The notes: generated by a model not told the origin, from the letters alone. A DNA stretch of 64,000 bases from Lama guanicoe (GCA_013239625.1 MU054187.1:1807757-1871756), one strand, 5' to 3'. Counted from the first letter of the stretch, positions 11,520 to 24,250 are shown. Program-made: numbers and translations.

Positions 11520-14500
11520 CTGTGGAGGAACCAGCCATGCTGCTCAGCTGGTCCCTGGGGGAAAGGGTTTTAAGTTCCAAACCTCAAACTTGAAAGAAAG
11601 AGAAATCTTAAATGCCAGTATCTTCATGTTATTTTCAAATGACCCCCACGAATGACACAGAGATGCTGCAGTCATCCTGCCATTTCATCAACATCCTACT
11701 TTATTTTGTTTGGCAAACATCTGTGTTAGTCTCAGGAGGGCTGACATCCTGCAGGTACCCTCCCTGACTTTATACCTTATTTGTGTTTATTTATACTTTA
11801 TGCATGGGTGCGCAGCACCGGGCCTGGGGCCTCCTAGAGGTCACACGGTATTTTTTATGACCATGCAGACACTGTGCGAGCACTTTCTGCAATTTGGGGA
11901 GGATCAGGCCCTTCCACACACACTTCTAAGGAAAGAAGACTCAGTTAACTTCATCATAAAACTTGGAATTCAAAGTGTATTTGAATGACCTGACTACTTC
12001 ATAATCAGAATGAGCACATGAAGTTTTTATAGAGGTTGTTGAATAGAATGCTGGCCCAGGATGCAGGCACGGGGCGAAATCCCATTTCAAACAGCCCAAT
12101 TCATCTCTCATCTTCGGGAACATCCGATGGAGTTACTGACAGTGATTATAAAAGTCACATAGAAAAGGTCTGCTCTAAAGTTACTCTTGAACCCAGGTTA
12201 CCACGGCGATTAATATTTAATTCACAGTCATGTGAACAAACTCAAGATCACGTGATTTAGCCAGACCACTCCAGGGGGAAAAGTTTACTGTAAGAACTTA
12301 TGAAGGAAACTATTTTATGCACCGGGTCCAAATCTATCATATGCCAAGTTCCTTTCTATGTTTGCGGTGCAGACATGCCCTTAGTAAATGAAAACGCTCT
12401 CATTCACTCACAAAGTAAAAACTGTGAACTACTGGTGAAGTCTGCAGCTTCTTTGTTACTGTGTGGGTCCCTCACCCCCAGACACACACCAGGACCGCAG
12501 GGAGCAACACTGAGTGTGGCAGGACTTTTAATGAAGAGCAGGGAACAGAAAGCGTGGTCTATTTAGTGCCGTGATGAATACAGTATTGGTGTCCCTCTGA
12601 TCTCTTGTGTGAACATTTATTTATTTTTCTTTTTCCCAAGATGGGCAGACATGAACTCTCTCTAAGGAACAGGCTCTGAATGGTTATTGAGAATGACGGA
12701 GAGTAAGGCTTAATATATTTAAGAATTTGCTCTAAGAATGAAATATTTCTACATGCAGTCGATAATTACAACCACATCTTGCCTATTGGAAATGAACATG
12801 GCAACTTCTTCTCTTCAAAATATAAGTGAGTCACTGTTTTAGATGACACGAGTGAGTGTGTTGGTCAGGCAGCCTCTGTGTTTGGTGCTTTTGCAGTAAG
12901 AAGCTGAGCCACATTATTGTTGCCATTGAGAGCAGAACTGATCACCGCTGACCTTGCTCATAATTCACCAGTTTCTTTCTCTGGCAATGCCTGTGTGGCT
13001 TCTACTACAGTTCCTTCTCAACGTTCAAAAGAATGGTTTTCTCACTTCCAAGTAGGGAGGGTCTAGCAGGAACACTTGGAGTAGAAAATGTGCAGAGGGA
13101 GTGATTATGGGAAAAGAAGGAAGCGGGGAGAGAGAGGGTGAGATGGGAGGGTCAGAGGGAAGGGAGGCAGGGAAGCTGGAAGGGGGGGGGGGACTGAGCG
13201 CACGTGTGTGTGTGCCAGGGGGAGACCAGCAGAAGCAGGCGCTGAGAGCAACCCGAGGGGAGGAAGCCCAGGAGACAGACACACCGACACGAGGGAAAGA
13301 CACGCCCACTGAGGGAAACAGAGCGCGCCCAGCGCAGACGCACACACAGACGTCCGCCCGGACCGCGGCAGCCGGGGCGCTTACCCCCACGCTGACCAAA
13401 GCCTCTTGAAGACCACGTGGCTTTTCCACGACGCCTGTCGTAAATGCTGACTTTATTCCTTGACATTTACCGGAATGCAGATATTTGGTCCGTAAACCCC
13501 GCTTCCTTTCTTAGTTCCTGAACTGAAACACTAGGAAACTACAGACACCCACAGGGCTGGGGCAAGAAAGAGAACTGTCCGTATTCGGAAGGCTTTCGTT
13601 CACCCTGCTCGGCTTCACTATGAATCATTTCCCAGGACCCGCCGCCACGCTGAGTTACTTTTTTAAAGCGATTTGTTAAATAGTCAAGTGAGTCCTGAGT
13701 TGGTAGGGATCGCCACCTTTGATACAGGATTGCAACTACGTGTGTGTAAACGTATGTGTCATCTCGCTGTCTACGGGGATCCGTAAGTTTGTATGTGTCC
13801 ACACACAAATCTGTGGAGTTCTGGCAGCCGAGTATCCTACTGAATCAGAAATAACTTGCTTTCAAAGGCTGCCCCTGATTTAGAAGCACTCAGCTAAAAC
13901 TCAAGGCTGTCAGCCGCACGTCAGCTCCTGTAAGCCACCCCTTAACCATGCTAGTGCCTCCCTTCCCATCCACCTTCAGGGCTTCTGAGGACCCCCCCAC
14001 CGCCCACCTCTGTCCGCAGACCCCACCAAGTCAGGCAGGCTTGGCCCCAACACGGCTCTGCCGTCGCCCAGCCCCGCAGGCGGCCACCACCTGGGACCAC
14101 TCTCGGGACGCCAGTGGGGCTGGGGGGTGACTCCTTTGCCAGTGCCTGCATCCTAGTTTAATAGCCCGTCACGTGGCCTTTTTAAAAATTCATACTCTCA
14201 TTCAGAATGTTATAGGACCGTGCTTCCCTGAGAACACGGAGACGATGGGAAAACTAGTTCCGGGCCAGAGTTCACTCATATAGACGGCGTGGACGTAGCA
14301 CCCGAGGCCCAAGGGCTCGGGAGGGCTCAGGGCACCCGCTTCACCCTTTGACCCAGATGCCGGCTGGCCGGACATCTGGGAGCTACCCCATCAGTCGTTT
14401 CTTGTAAGACGTTTCCATGGTTAGCAGGGACCGGGAGGTTAGAAAGCTGTTTGCAGCTTGGTCCGCAGGGCTGTCAAGAAATCGCCCCCGTCTCTTTCAG

Positions 14501-16069
14501 AGATAGAAACAAACTGAACATCAGAGCCTAGTTCACTGAGGACAGAACCGAAGACACTGGGGGCTTACGGCCCAGGCTTTCTCCTGATGCATGGCTTTCG
14601 TTGCTTTTAAAACCTCGGGACCATCTTGTGAAGAAAGGGCCATGAAAGAGGATGAAGGACATACCTGGGGTCCAGTTTAGAGACTGGGGTGTCAGGGGGA
14701 ACCAGCAATGAGAACTAAGGTAGAGTCAGGGGCGGGAGGAGGTGGGGGAGGCGCTCCCTTCGAGGAGCGCAGAGACGCGTGGTCCTGCAGGCCAGACCGC
14801 GGGCTTTGTGCCAGCCTCCACCTAGAGGACTCGGGGCCCTCAGAGGCTCGGGAGCAATTCCCAAGAGCCCTTCGAGGGCAGAGGAGTCTGGACACCCGGG
14901 AGAACAGAGTCTGCACGGGGCAGGGTCGGGGAGGACAGTGCGCCCCTGGCGCGTGCAAACTCCCCTACAGGTCTCACTGTCCTGGCCCTGGAGATACGTC
15001 CCTGCCCCAGCAGAAGCATCTCCACAGGTATGGGTGTGCCCCCGGCCTCAGGCTGGGACCACCGAGCAGGTTCAAGGGTCAGATGCTCTGTGCCTGGCCG
15101 CCCCGCCCCCACCCCGGTTTCTTCCACATGTTCACGTGTCCAGAAGCAGCCGCATCACTGTCCTACCTGTGACCTCGGGGACCCCTGTCCCCAGACTCAC
15201 TGGCTCCTCCCTTCACGCAAGTCACTCAGAAATGGGCAGTGGGCGTTTCTATCCCAGTTGTGATTTATTTTCCTGACTGCAAATGACCAAGTGAGACGAA
15301 GGGAGACGTTCACAGAGTAAGAGCACCTCATTTTGATGTTTGATACTTTGACAAAATGTATTTGTAGAGGAAGACATGTATTGATGGTAGAAAAATAAGT
15401 CAGAGATGATTATTATAGCTCAAGCAGCCTGGTTTGGAGTCAAGGGGCCAGTGGAAGCTTTGCCAACTAAACAGTTTTGACTTTAAAGAACAGAAATAGA
15501 GAAAGAATCTAAGAACCTGGAAGCAAAGATGTTACAGGCACTATGTAAAGATCCAGAGAATCAGTACATCAAATAGGAATTCCTCTGCTACGAGCTGCTA
15601 ACAGCATTAACTAGCCTCAAAACAAATATTAGTCGACAACGTAAAATAAAAGGTTTCTCAAGTAATATCACGTACTTGTAACGCAATGATGAATAAAATA
15701 AATTTCTGGTCCTTAAGAAGTTTACAGTGTATCAGAAAGAATTACATATGATTCATGAAAGCTTTTTGTTCTTTTTTCAATGTCTCCCCAACCAGACTCT
15801 AAACTTGAAGGCAGGAGTCTGCTTTCTTTTGAATGGGTGGACAGATGGATGGAGGAATAATACAACAGCTATAATTCAGTCATAAGTGCTTTAAAACAGG
15901 CACACAGATATTTGTATCACTTCCAGGTGCCTCAACATGGACTTGAAATCGCACAATTCAGGGAACAGAAAACCCACCAGGAAAGGACAGGGCCTCTTCC
16001 CGCCCCGCAGTGCCGTGGACAGGGGTCTGACGCACCCTGCTGTGACTTACTGCATTTACTGATGGCGTT

Positions 16070-16280
16070 TACGTGAACATTCCCCCAAACTGTGGACGAC
16101 AAGGCGGGGTGCTGCGCGGGGTCATCGCTGTAGCGGACGCACCGTCTGACGGGGATGTTGCCGGTGGGGGCGGCTGGGCGTGGGTGGGGCTGCGGGTCTA
16201 CGGGAAGTTCTATCCTTTCTGCTCAGCTCTGTTATGAACCTGAAACTGCTCCGAAGAGGAGAGTCTGTTGGGAAAAAAGG
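16070..16280 (+). mobile_element. Old L1 (L1MC/MD-like) 3' end, GC-shifted
   Basis: 'ctacgggaagttctatcctttctgctcagctctgttatgaacctgaaactgctcc' corresponds to the L1MC-type terminus 'tatgggaactctctgtactttctgctcaattttgctgtgaacctaaaactgctct'. Confidence 0.7.
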
Positions 16281-16988
16281 ACCCCGGGGGCCTGCAGTGA
16301 CGGAGGACAAGGCAGTGGCTGCTGCGGGCCCGGGAGGCAGGCGCGGGGAGTGCCCTGGACCACAGATGGCACTCGGTAGCCACAGGCTGGGCGTGTGTGA
16401 GGCACTAACGCCCCTGAGCCGGCTCCCGAGCTGAATGTGGACAACGTCGCCTGCCCCGAGGGCCCTGTGGGCGGGGCCGAAGGATCCAGCCGGACCCTGG
16501 GAACCGTTCCCTCACCTCACATACCTACTGAAGACCCTCCCAGCAGCAGGCTCAGCTAACTCCAAGGACGAGACACTGACGGGCACAGTCATTGGGGTCT
16601 TCTCAGGGGACACAGGCTTCTCAAATTTTCATTCTTGCTGAAAGTGTCCTTAAGATATTTTAAGACACGTTCTTACCCTAGGAAGTTCGATACGGTAAAC
16701 AAACTAACCCTCCGGAAGGACTGCTCAGGCCTCAGAGTCGCGGTTGGACCCCAGCCCGCCCTCTGCCCGGAGGCGGTGAGGAGGACGGGGGATCGGGGCG
16801 GGTCGACAGCGGTGCCTCAGGCAGCCCCTCGCTGGAAACGTCTCTTCTAAATTGAGTCCTCACCACCTCCTCCTTTGCTCATCAGTCTTGCTTCCCCTCG
16901 TCGTGGTTTTAGTAAAACGGTTTTCTTTAAGATGTCACATCCTTGGATTCTAATTTACAGGTTTGGCCACATTAACAAGGACACCCTG

Positions 16989-17091
16989 GGTGGGAGGTAT
17001 AGCTCAATGGCAGAGCGCATACTTGGCGTGCATTGAGGTCCTGGGTTCAATCCCCAGTATCTCCATTAAAAAAAAAGAAAAAAAAAAAAAA
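16989..17091 (+). mobile_element. tRNA-Ala-derived SINE (Vic-1-like) with poly(A) tail and perfect 15-bp TSD
   Basis: 'gtatagctcaatggcagagcgcat...ggtcctgggttcaatccccagtatctcca' plus A tail; TSD aacaaggacaccctg at 16974-16988 and 17092-17106. Confidence 0.93.
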
Positions 17092-18999
17092 AACAAGGAC
17101 ACCCTGCTAATGCAAATATAGGAGATCTGCTACTAAATATCCAAACATAGCTGAGCCCTGCGTTTGGAAATCACAGCGATGAAAGGAAAGAAGACGGTTT
17201 CTTCCTTCGCTTCTCTAATCCAACCTTGCGATTAAAACGACTTACTTCCTTTAACCTGGGTAATGGATTTATAAGACTCTTAATTCCAGCAATCAGTTTC
17301 TGTTCATTTTCTTTCCTTTAGTTGTCGCCTCCAGAAGTCTCTGTGCGACAGAGACTTTGTTCCCCCAAAGTCATGACAGCGAAAGGAAACTTTAATCTCA
17401 AGAAAAATAGAAAAGAAATTGGAAAGAAAGCTACTAAATGTGAAGTACTTAACTGACACAAAGACTGTAGTGCATGGAATAAGACAGAAGAAAAAGAGAA
17501 AGCCATCTAATCCATAAGTCATAAAATTTTTTCACATGTCGATTGAATGTTGTTACTAAATCTATAGCTTATTGATTATAGAACTCATGAAATACTTAAC
17601 ACCTTAAAACTTACAAGAAAACACCAAATGAGAGGTTTTGAATGAAGGAACAAAGTATATAAAATAAAATAAAATAAGACAGCTAAATTAAAATTTTATT
17701 ACAAAACTTAAGCCAACTAATAGGCAGCAGTAAGACCATCAAAGGACAGTAGGACTTGACGCTAATGTACTTAAGAGCCTTGAATTCACTGGCGCCTCTA
17801 AGTCATCACAAAGGAAAGCCATTTCAGAGGCTAGAAAGTATTTTCTTAATTAGAGGAAATGGGCTGGACTGGTGTAAAGCACTTTGCCAGCGCCGGACAG
17901 GAATACCGATACTAGTAAGGTGCAATGGCGGAAGCATCAGATTAAGGACAGTAGTGATAAAAGACAAGAGCAGAGACAATACAGCGGCCATGATTCAGGC
18001 GGACGCACGAGAGCCTTCTCAGCACCACCTGTAACCTGAACTGCGCTGGAGGAAAGACTGGAAATGCTAATAAGGCATGTGATTAAAGGTGGGTCTGGGG
18101 TTATAAATTGCTTTTTTAATGGTGGTGATGGGAGCTGACATCAAGTATAATAAGAAGATGAGAATGTCAGTATCAATTTTTATTAGTGTCAGGAACAATA
18201 TGCAGCGTATTTAAATTAGCTTCATTTGTATCAGTATTTTTATAAGGAGCAGCTCTGGAAGCAATAACATGTCCAATGCATTCTAAAAAGAGGAACTAGA
18301 TAAAGTTGCCAGTGTTCGCCACAAAACGGCCGTAACTTTCACACTAGGGAAAATACGCCCCGTTTCTTGCGACTCAGGATTGAGGCGCGCAGCAAAGCCT
18401 GGAATCTGGATCACAGGAAGCTGCAGAATAAACTGGGGGTACAACGGAAGCAAATGGACAAAGTTGGGCAGAATTAGAAACGTGCTAAAAACACAACCTT
18501 CCACATGAACCGGAACTTTCCCCCCAAGATTTACATAGAACGGTGAGTAGGGTCTGTATCTGGGTCAGCTTAAACCGCGAAAGAACCAGCTTGGCACCTA
18601 CTTAGCCTACACACAATCACGCAGTTGAAAATGAGCAATCACGAAATTAACAACAATCAGTCTTTTTGTAATAAACTTGTTCTCATTAAAGAAAAATTGG
18701 TGAATTAGTTTTGCTTCAGAATGTTCTCAGCAGTTATCTCCAGCTTTCTGAGCTGGTCTAATGACAAATCAGGTGAAATTGAGTATCTGACAAAAGATAA
18801 TTTTTAGAGACTAAAAGATGGGAAAGGTTATTTTTTATTAAAACTTTCTTTAAATTTCAGAAAATCAGGCCTTGAAAAATAAGCCCTTGAAAAAGGGTCA
18901 AAATGTAGAATTTTAAAAATCCAGCTCTGAGGACATTGACAACGGACCATTTCCTCTTGATTTATATTCTAGACGATTTAGTATTAACTGTGCAGGAGA

Positions 19000-19230
19000 G
19001 AAAGCTGAGCCCGGGGGTTGAGAAGCTGGCCTGAGTGGTCAGAAGTCTGCTTTCTTGCCGGTTGTTTAGTCCTGGGCCGTTTGTGCCAACTATTTATTCC
19101 CACGTTCTTCATCTGAGGACTAGAAATGCCAGTTTCTGCCTTGCGAAGCCCTTGAAGGGCTGGTGAGACAGGCGGCTCCAGGACGCTGCGGAGTGCCTGG
19201 CTCTCAATAGATACCAGTCTTATTGTCATT
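19000..19230 (+). mobile_element. MIR SINE fragment
   Basis: Degenerate MIR core 'ttcttcatctgaggactagaaatgccagtttctgcc' and 3' end 'agtgcctggctctcaatag'. Confidence 0.5.
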
Positions 19231-20763
19231 ATCGATGCTAATAAAGTGCTTAAACAGTCATTTCGATTTCTCCAGAAAGGTTATAGTCAACATTTTTTCC
19301 TCACAAAGTTCTTTCTGCTAATTCCTTTTCTCCTGTGAGTTGGAAATTTCTCCGTAGGCCAAAGCACACAACTTAACTCATTTCTTCAAAGTTCCCTTTT
19401 GTTTTTCAAGTTATTCTTGAAGACACATCGCTCCAAAGGCCTTTCCCCGCCTCCCTGAAAAGCGTCTGACTGAAAGCACAGGCAGTCCTGCTGTGAGAGG
19501 CCCCAGGAACCCACCCCCGGGAGGGCGCACGCCTCAGGCGCTCGGAGCCTCGAGCTCCATCATGCTGCAGGGACCTCACGTCTCCAGACGACTAGCAGTG
19601 TTAGCCAGGGCAGATTTAATAAGCAAGAATTGAAGAGAGCCAGACCCTTCGGCCTTTTAACCCCGTCCTGATGTGTTAGTGTCTGTGTGTCCTGCTCTTA
19701 CAAAAGTAGTTCAAAATGCAAAATTCTCAATGACAAAATCGACACCGTGGGCGGGGCCACGGATATTCTACAGACACGTTCCCACGGAGGAGCGCGTCCG
19801 CAGGAAAGTTTGTACCCAGTTCTGGCAGGCCCCGTCCCACCCAGCTGGTGAACATAAAGCTGCAGAATGAAGGTACTAGGACAGCCCTCCTCTGGGAAAC
19901 CACAGAGCACAGGTGCCTCGAAGAGAAGCCACGTCCGTCGTCAGTGCATGCGTTGTAAATTTCAAGGAGAGCCAGACATTTCCCGGAGGAACATACAGAG
20001 ACCACGCTGTCTCCCCGAAGGTGGAGCAGACCACCAGTTGGGGACTTTCTGGGTCCCAAAGACACAAAGGGCTCGTCTTGCTTCTGACAAATTTCACTAG
20101 AGACTAGTGCCAGGACAGAAAGCGTGTTGGCAGCATGTGCTTCTTTATAAACATGTACTTAAAAACAACAACAGCAACTATACTTTGCAAAGACTCTATG
20201 AAAGGAAACCTACTTGGACTTTATTACACAAAACCCAGGAAGGTGGAATCTCCAGAGCATTGCCTGAGGCTCATGTCACAATATCTAAGGCGGAAGAGCC
20301 CGAATTCGCTCAACATCCAGTCAGTCACATCATCTTCAAAGGTCTACGTTCAAAGATTCACATGACTATCCGAGAGAATTATCTGATTGTTAAAAAGAAA
20401 AGTGGAGAATTCAGGACTTGGGTTATTCCTTCATCAGGCCCAGCCCTGGACCTCCACCAGCACAGAGACAAACCACATGCTGGTTTTCCCCCACAGGAGG
20501 AGGTGGGAAATGACTCACATTATAGGAAAATGTTGTTGCGTCTTATTATCAAAATACTAGACTAGCCTGAATTGTTTTGGGCCGATAATCAGTAGTTCCT
20601 CCCGTCCCCTGCTCCTTTGGTGGAGAGACAGAGGCTACGTGAAATACGACCGTTGGATTATTCCCTGTAGTAAAATGAGGGTTCCGGGGCTTGAAAAGTA
20701 CAAAACATTCTAATAATTAAAGCCAATCAACATCAGAAAAGGTAACACAGGGCAAACCCTTAC

Positions 20764-20794
20764 CTCAGCTCCTGGATTACAGACTCCATTGGCA
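20764..20794 (-). CDS. ST18: ST18 second coding exon (31 nt): (V)PMESVIQEL(S)
   Basis: Minus strand ctccttttctttctttttgccagtag|TGCCAATGGAGTCTGTAATCCAGGAGCTGAG|gtaagg; matches ST18 VPMDSLIQELS; required to keep frame between the flanking exons. Confidence 0.93.
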
Positions 20795-21175
20795 CTACTG
20801 GCAAAAAGAAAGAAAAGGAGAATCAGTTTACAGTTTTGAAACCTGTATGACAGAAGCCTTTTGCCCACCTAGAGGTAATGCCAGTGCGTGGCTAGTGGAG
20901 GCCCCGCCCAACTGCCCTCGGGGTCAGTTCAGCTTCTCTGGTTCTGGTTCTGGAGACAAGAGGACGGATCCCGGGTTGGTGCCTTGGCTGACCCTGTGGC
21001 CTTACGGTCATGGGCTGGGCTTCCAAACACCTGTCTTTAGAGATTATTGAAAAAGTACAGGAGCACGAAGGACTCGGAATATTTTTTAAATTGAAAATTT
21101 TGTTTCTAGGAAAATTTTCAAAAGAATCGTGTTTATGTTTTAATTGACAGTAAACAAGTATTTAAACAAAACTGG

Positions 21176-22456
21176 TTGGTCAACTCATCTTCGACAAAGG
21201 AGGCAAGAATATACAGTGGAATAAAGACAGTCTCTTCAGCAAATGGTGTTGGGAAAACTGGACAGCAGCCTGTAAAACAATGAAGCTAGAACACACCCTT
21301 ACACCATATACAAAAATCAACTCAAAATGGATTAAAGACTTAAACATAAGACAAGATACAATAAACCTCCTAGAGGAAAACATAGGCAAAACATTATCTG
21401 ACATACATTTCAAAAATTTTCTCCTAGAAGAAATAAAAGCAAGAATAAACAAATGGGACCTAATGAAACTTACAAGCTTCTGCAGAGCAAAGGAAACCAG
21501 AAATAAAACAAGAAGAAAACCTACGGAATGGGAGAAAATTTTTGCAAGTGAAACAAAGGCTTGATCTCCAAAATATATAAGCAGCTCATACGACTCAATA
21601 AGAAAAAAATAAACAACCCAATCCAAAAATGGGCAGAAGACCTAAACAAGCAATTCTCCAAGGAAGACATACAAATGATCAAAAAGCACATGAAAAAATG
21701 TTCAATATCACTAATTATCAGAGAAATGCAAATCAAAACTACAATGAGGTATCACCTCACACCAGTCAGAATGGCCGTCATTCAAAAATCCAAAAATGAC
21801 AAATGCTGGAGAGGCTGTGGAGAAAGGGGAACCCTCCTACACTGCTGGTGGGAATGCAGTTTGGTGCAGCCACTATGGAAAACAGTGTGGAGATTCCTCA
21901 AAAGACTAGGAATAGACTTACCATATGACCCAGGAATCCCACTCCTGGGCTTGTATCCAGAAGGAAATCTACTTCAGGATGACACCTGCACCCCAATGTT
22001 CATAGCAGCACTATTTACAATAGCCAAAACATGGAAACAGCCTAAATGTCCATCAACAGGTGACTGGATAAAGAAGAGGTGGTATATTTATACAATGGAA
22101 TACTACTCAGCCATAAAAACCGACAACATAATGCCATTTGCAGCAACATGGATGCTCCTAGAGAATGTCATTCTAAGTGAAGTAAGCCAGAAAGAGAAAG
22201 AAAAATACCATATGAGATCGCTCATATGTGGAATCTAAAAAACAAAAACAAACAAACAAACAAAAACAAAGCATAAATACAGGACAGAAATAGACTCATG
22301 GACAGAGAATACAGACTTGTGGTTACCAGGGGGGTAGAGGGTGGGAAGGGATAGACTGGGATTTCAAAATTGTAGAATAGATAAACAAGATTACACTGTA
22401 TAGCACAGGGAAATATACACAAAATGTTATGATAACTCACAGAGAAAAAAGAAACA
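21176..22456 (+). mobile_element. Young 5'-truncated LINE-1 (ORF2 C-terminus plus partial 3' UTR), antisense to ST18, with 12-bp TSD
   Basis: ORFs 21280-21564 and 21561-22238 encode the L1 ORF2p C-terminus including the CCHC motif [18 protein letters not shown] and [18 protein letters not shown]; one frameshift; TSD aaacaaaactgg at 21164-21175 and 22457-22468, preceded by ttt (L1 endonuclease-like site). Confidence 0.96.
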
Positions 22457-22541
22457 AAACAAAACTGGCGAAGTGCCGTTAATAAACATGTCCAAAGATT
22501 CTGTTCCATGTATTTCACTCCTATGGAAAGAGGAGGGTAAC

Positions 22542-22707
22542 GTTCAGCCATGTCCGTCTCAACGTGCTTTTAAAAATGAGAACTTCACTTTAAAAACTTT
22601 AAAAATAAAAATGAGAACTTCACTTTAAAAACTTTAAAAATAAAAATGAGAACTTCATGTTCAGCCATGTCCGTCTCAACATGCTTTTAAAAATGAGAAC
22701 AACTTCA
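22542..22707. repeat. Complex local duplication: 42-bp direct repeat enclosing a 35-bp tandem repeat
   Basis: gttcagccatgtccgtctcaac(g/a)tgcttttaaaaatgagaac at 22542 and 22659; taaaaatgagaacttcactttaaaaactttaaaaa at 22571-22605, 22606-22640 and partially at 22641-22657. Confidence 0.9.
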
Positions 22708-24250
22708 TAGAAAAAAAGAGCTTTGATTTTTCTTAGGGAAACGACAGGAAGTTCGTGTTTACAAGTACCTGACGACACCAGGATAAGGTGGCTTTAGGAT
22801 TCTATGCTGCACAAGCAACAGCTGCTTCCTTTCTCGAAATGTTTGGGCTCTACTTAAGGGTGCGTGTGTGTGTGTATCAGAAGGATTCGAAGTGCAGAAG
22901 AATAGCACATTAAAAGATTCACATGTTGAAAGTATGGCAGCGTCACATGCTTTCTTTCAGAAGCCAGAACAAAAGATTTAAATAATCCAAATATGGTCCC
23001 TAAAATGCCGACGTTTACAGTAGACATGAGCTTATCCCAAATAATGATGAAACTGTTTTTTTAAACTCATATTCCATGAAGAAGTCTGCTGCAATAGAAT
23101 TCTATGCTTACAAATACTGCATTCCAGATATTAGGATGTATGATGTAATTCCTTCTAAGGTAACTTAAACCAGGCCTGGAAAAGCGCGCACAGTGAAACT
23201 TCAGTCTGGGCAGAGGGGAGTCCTATGCCTTGGGCAGCCCTGGTCTGCGCTTTGGTTATCACGGCTACGGTAATAACATGGTCATATTCTAACCGAAAAC
23301 AAAAAGCATCCTGACATTTAAAAAAAAGAGGGGGGACTTCACTGAAACAGGAAGTATTTACCTTGACTACGTCCACAAACACAGCTAGCTAAAGCGTCGC
23401 ATTTGATTAGCCATTTTCAACTGTGAGTCTCAGAGCGCTTCCAGATGACTGCGTGACGGCTGCCCAGCCCGACCCCGACCCGTGGTCAGCAGGGCCGACC
23501 CAGTGGACCGCCGGGTGGGGAGCAGCGCTGCAGCCTGTTCCCAGAGGCCGTGGCGAACCCACAGTCTTCTGTTTAGAATGAAGGGTCACAAAAATATAGC
23601 TAATTATAATAAAAGTTATTTTCCTTAAGGGGTATTATTGCCAGTCAATCCTGTTTTCCAGATGTTTGGATCATCAAGGGCCTGTTTATATTTCAATATT
23701 ACATCACCATCTGTTGGTTACAGAAAGAGAGGGCTAACCGGCAAGTTAAACCTTTCGAACATGACTTCGCAGAGCTGCCGGGAATTCCCAGCAGAGACAG
23801 TCCAAAGACAAACATCATCATTTTACTTGAACTAAGTTTAAACTGGGAGCCACTAAACCAGACCACATAAAAATCAAAACCTGCTTTGGCAGTAAGCTAA
23901 CAATTTGATCTTTTCCCTTGGCCATTAAAGGTTACTTCAGTAATCTGAGGAAGCCTTCTTTCCTTGCTGACCCCGTGTGCTGTTCTGCGGGATGTTTAAA
24001 TCCACTCATGACTGCATTCTGTAATAATCAGCATCCTACACTGTTTGGGCTTTTCTGTGTCCTCTAACTCCTGGTTCAGGGCACTCTGCCTCTCAAAGCC
24101 CTGAACCAGCGTCCTGGCTTGATTTAAAAAACGGAAGCCCTGAGGCGGAAGTTGTAATCTTTCTGACGACACGTCAGAGACCGAGCATTGGAACTCCCAC
24201 ATTTCATGGTGCGGTGGGCACGGTGTCGTGGACCCCGCTGGCTGACTCAC

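Noticed and set aside
21561..22238. 225-aa ORF as a host protein or active retrotransposon
   Set aside because: It is the C-terminal fragment of L1 ORF2p in a 5'-truncated, frameshifted copy.
22542..22707. CRISPR-like repeat-spacer array
   Set aside because: Eukaryotic intron; repeats are tandem with no unique spacers and no cas genes.
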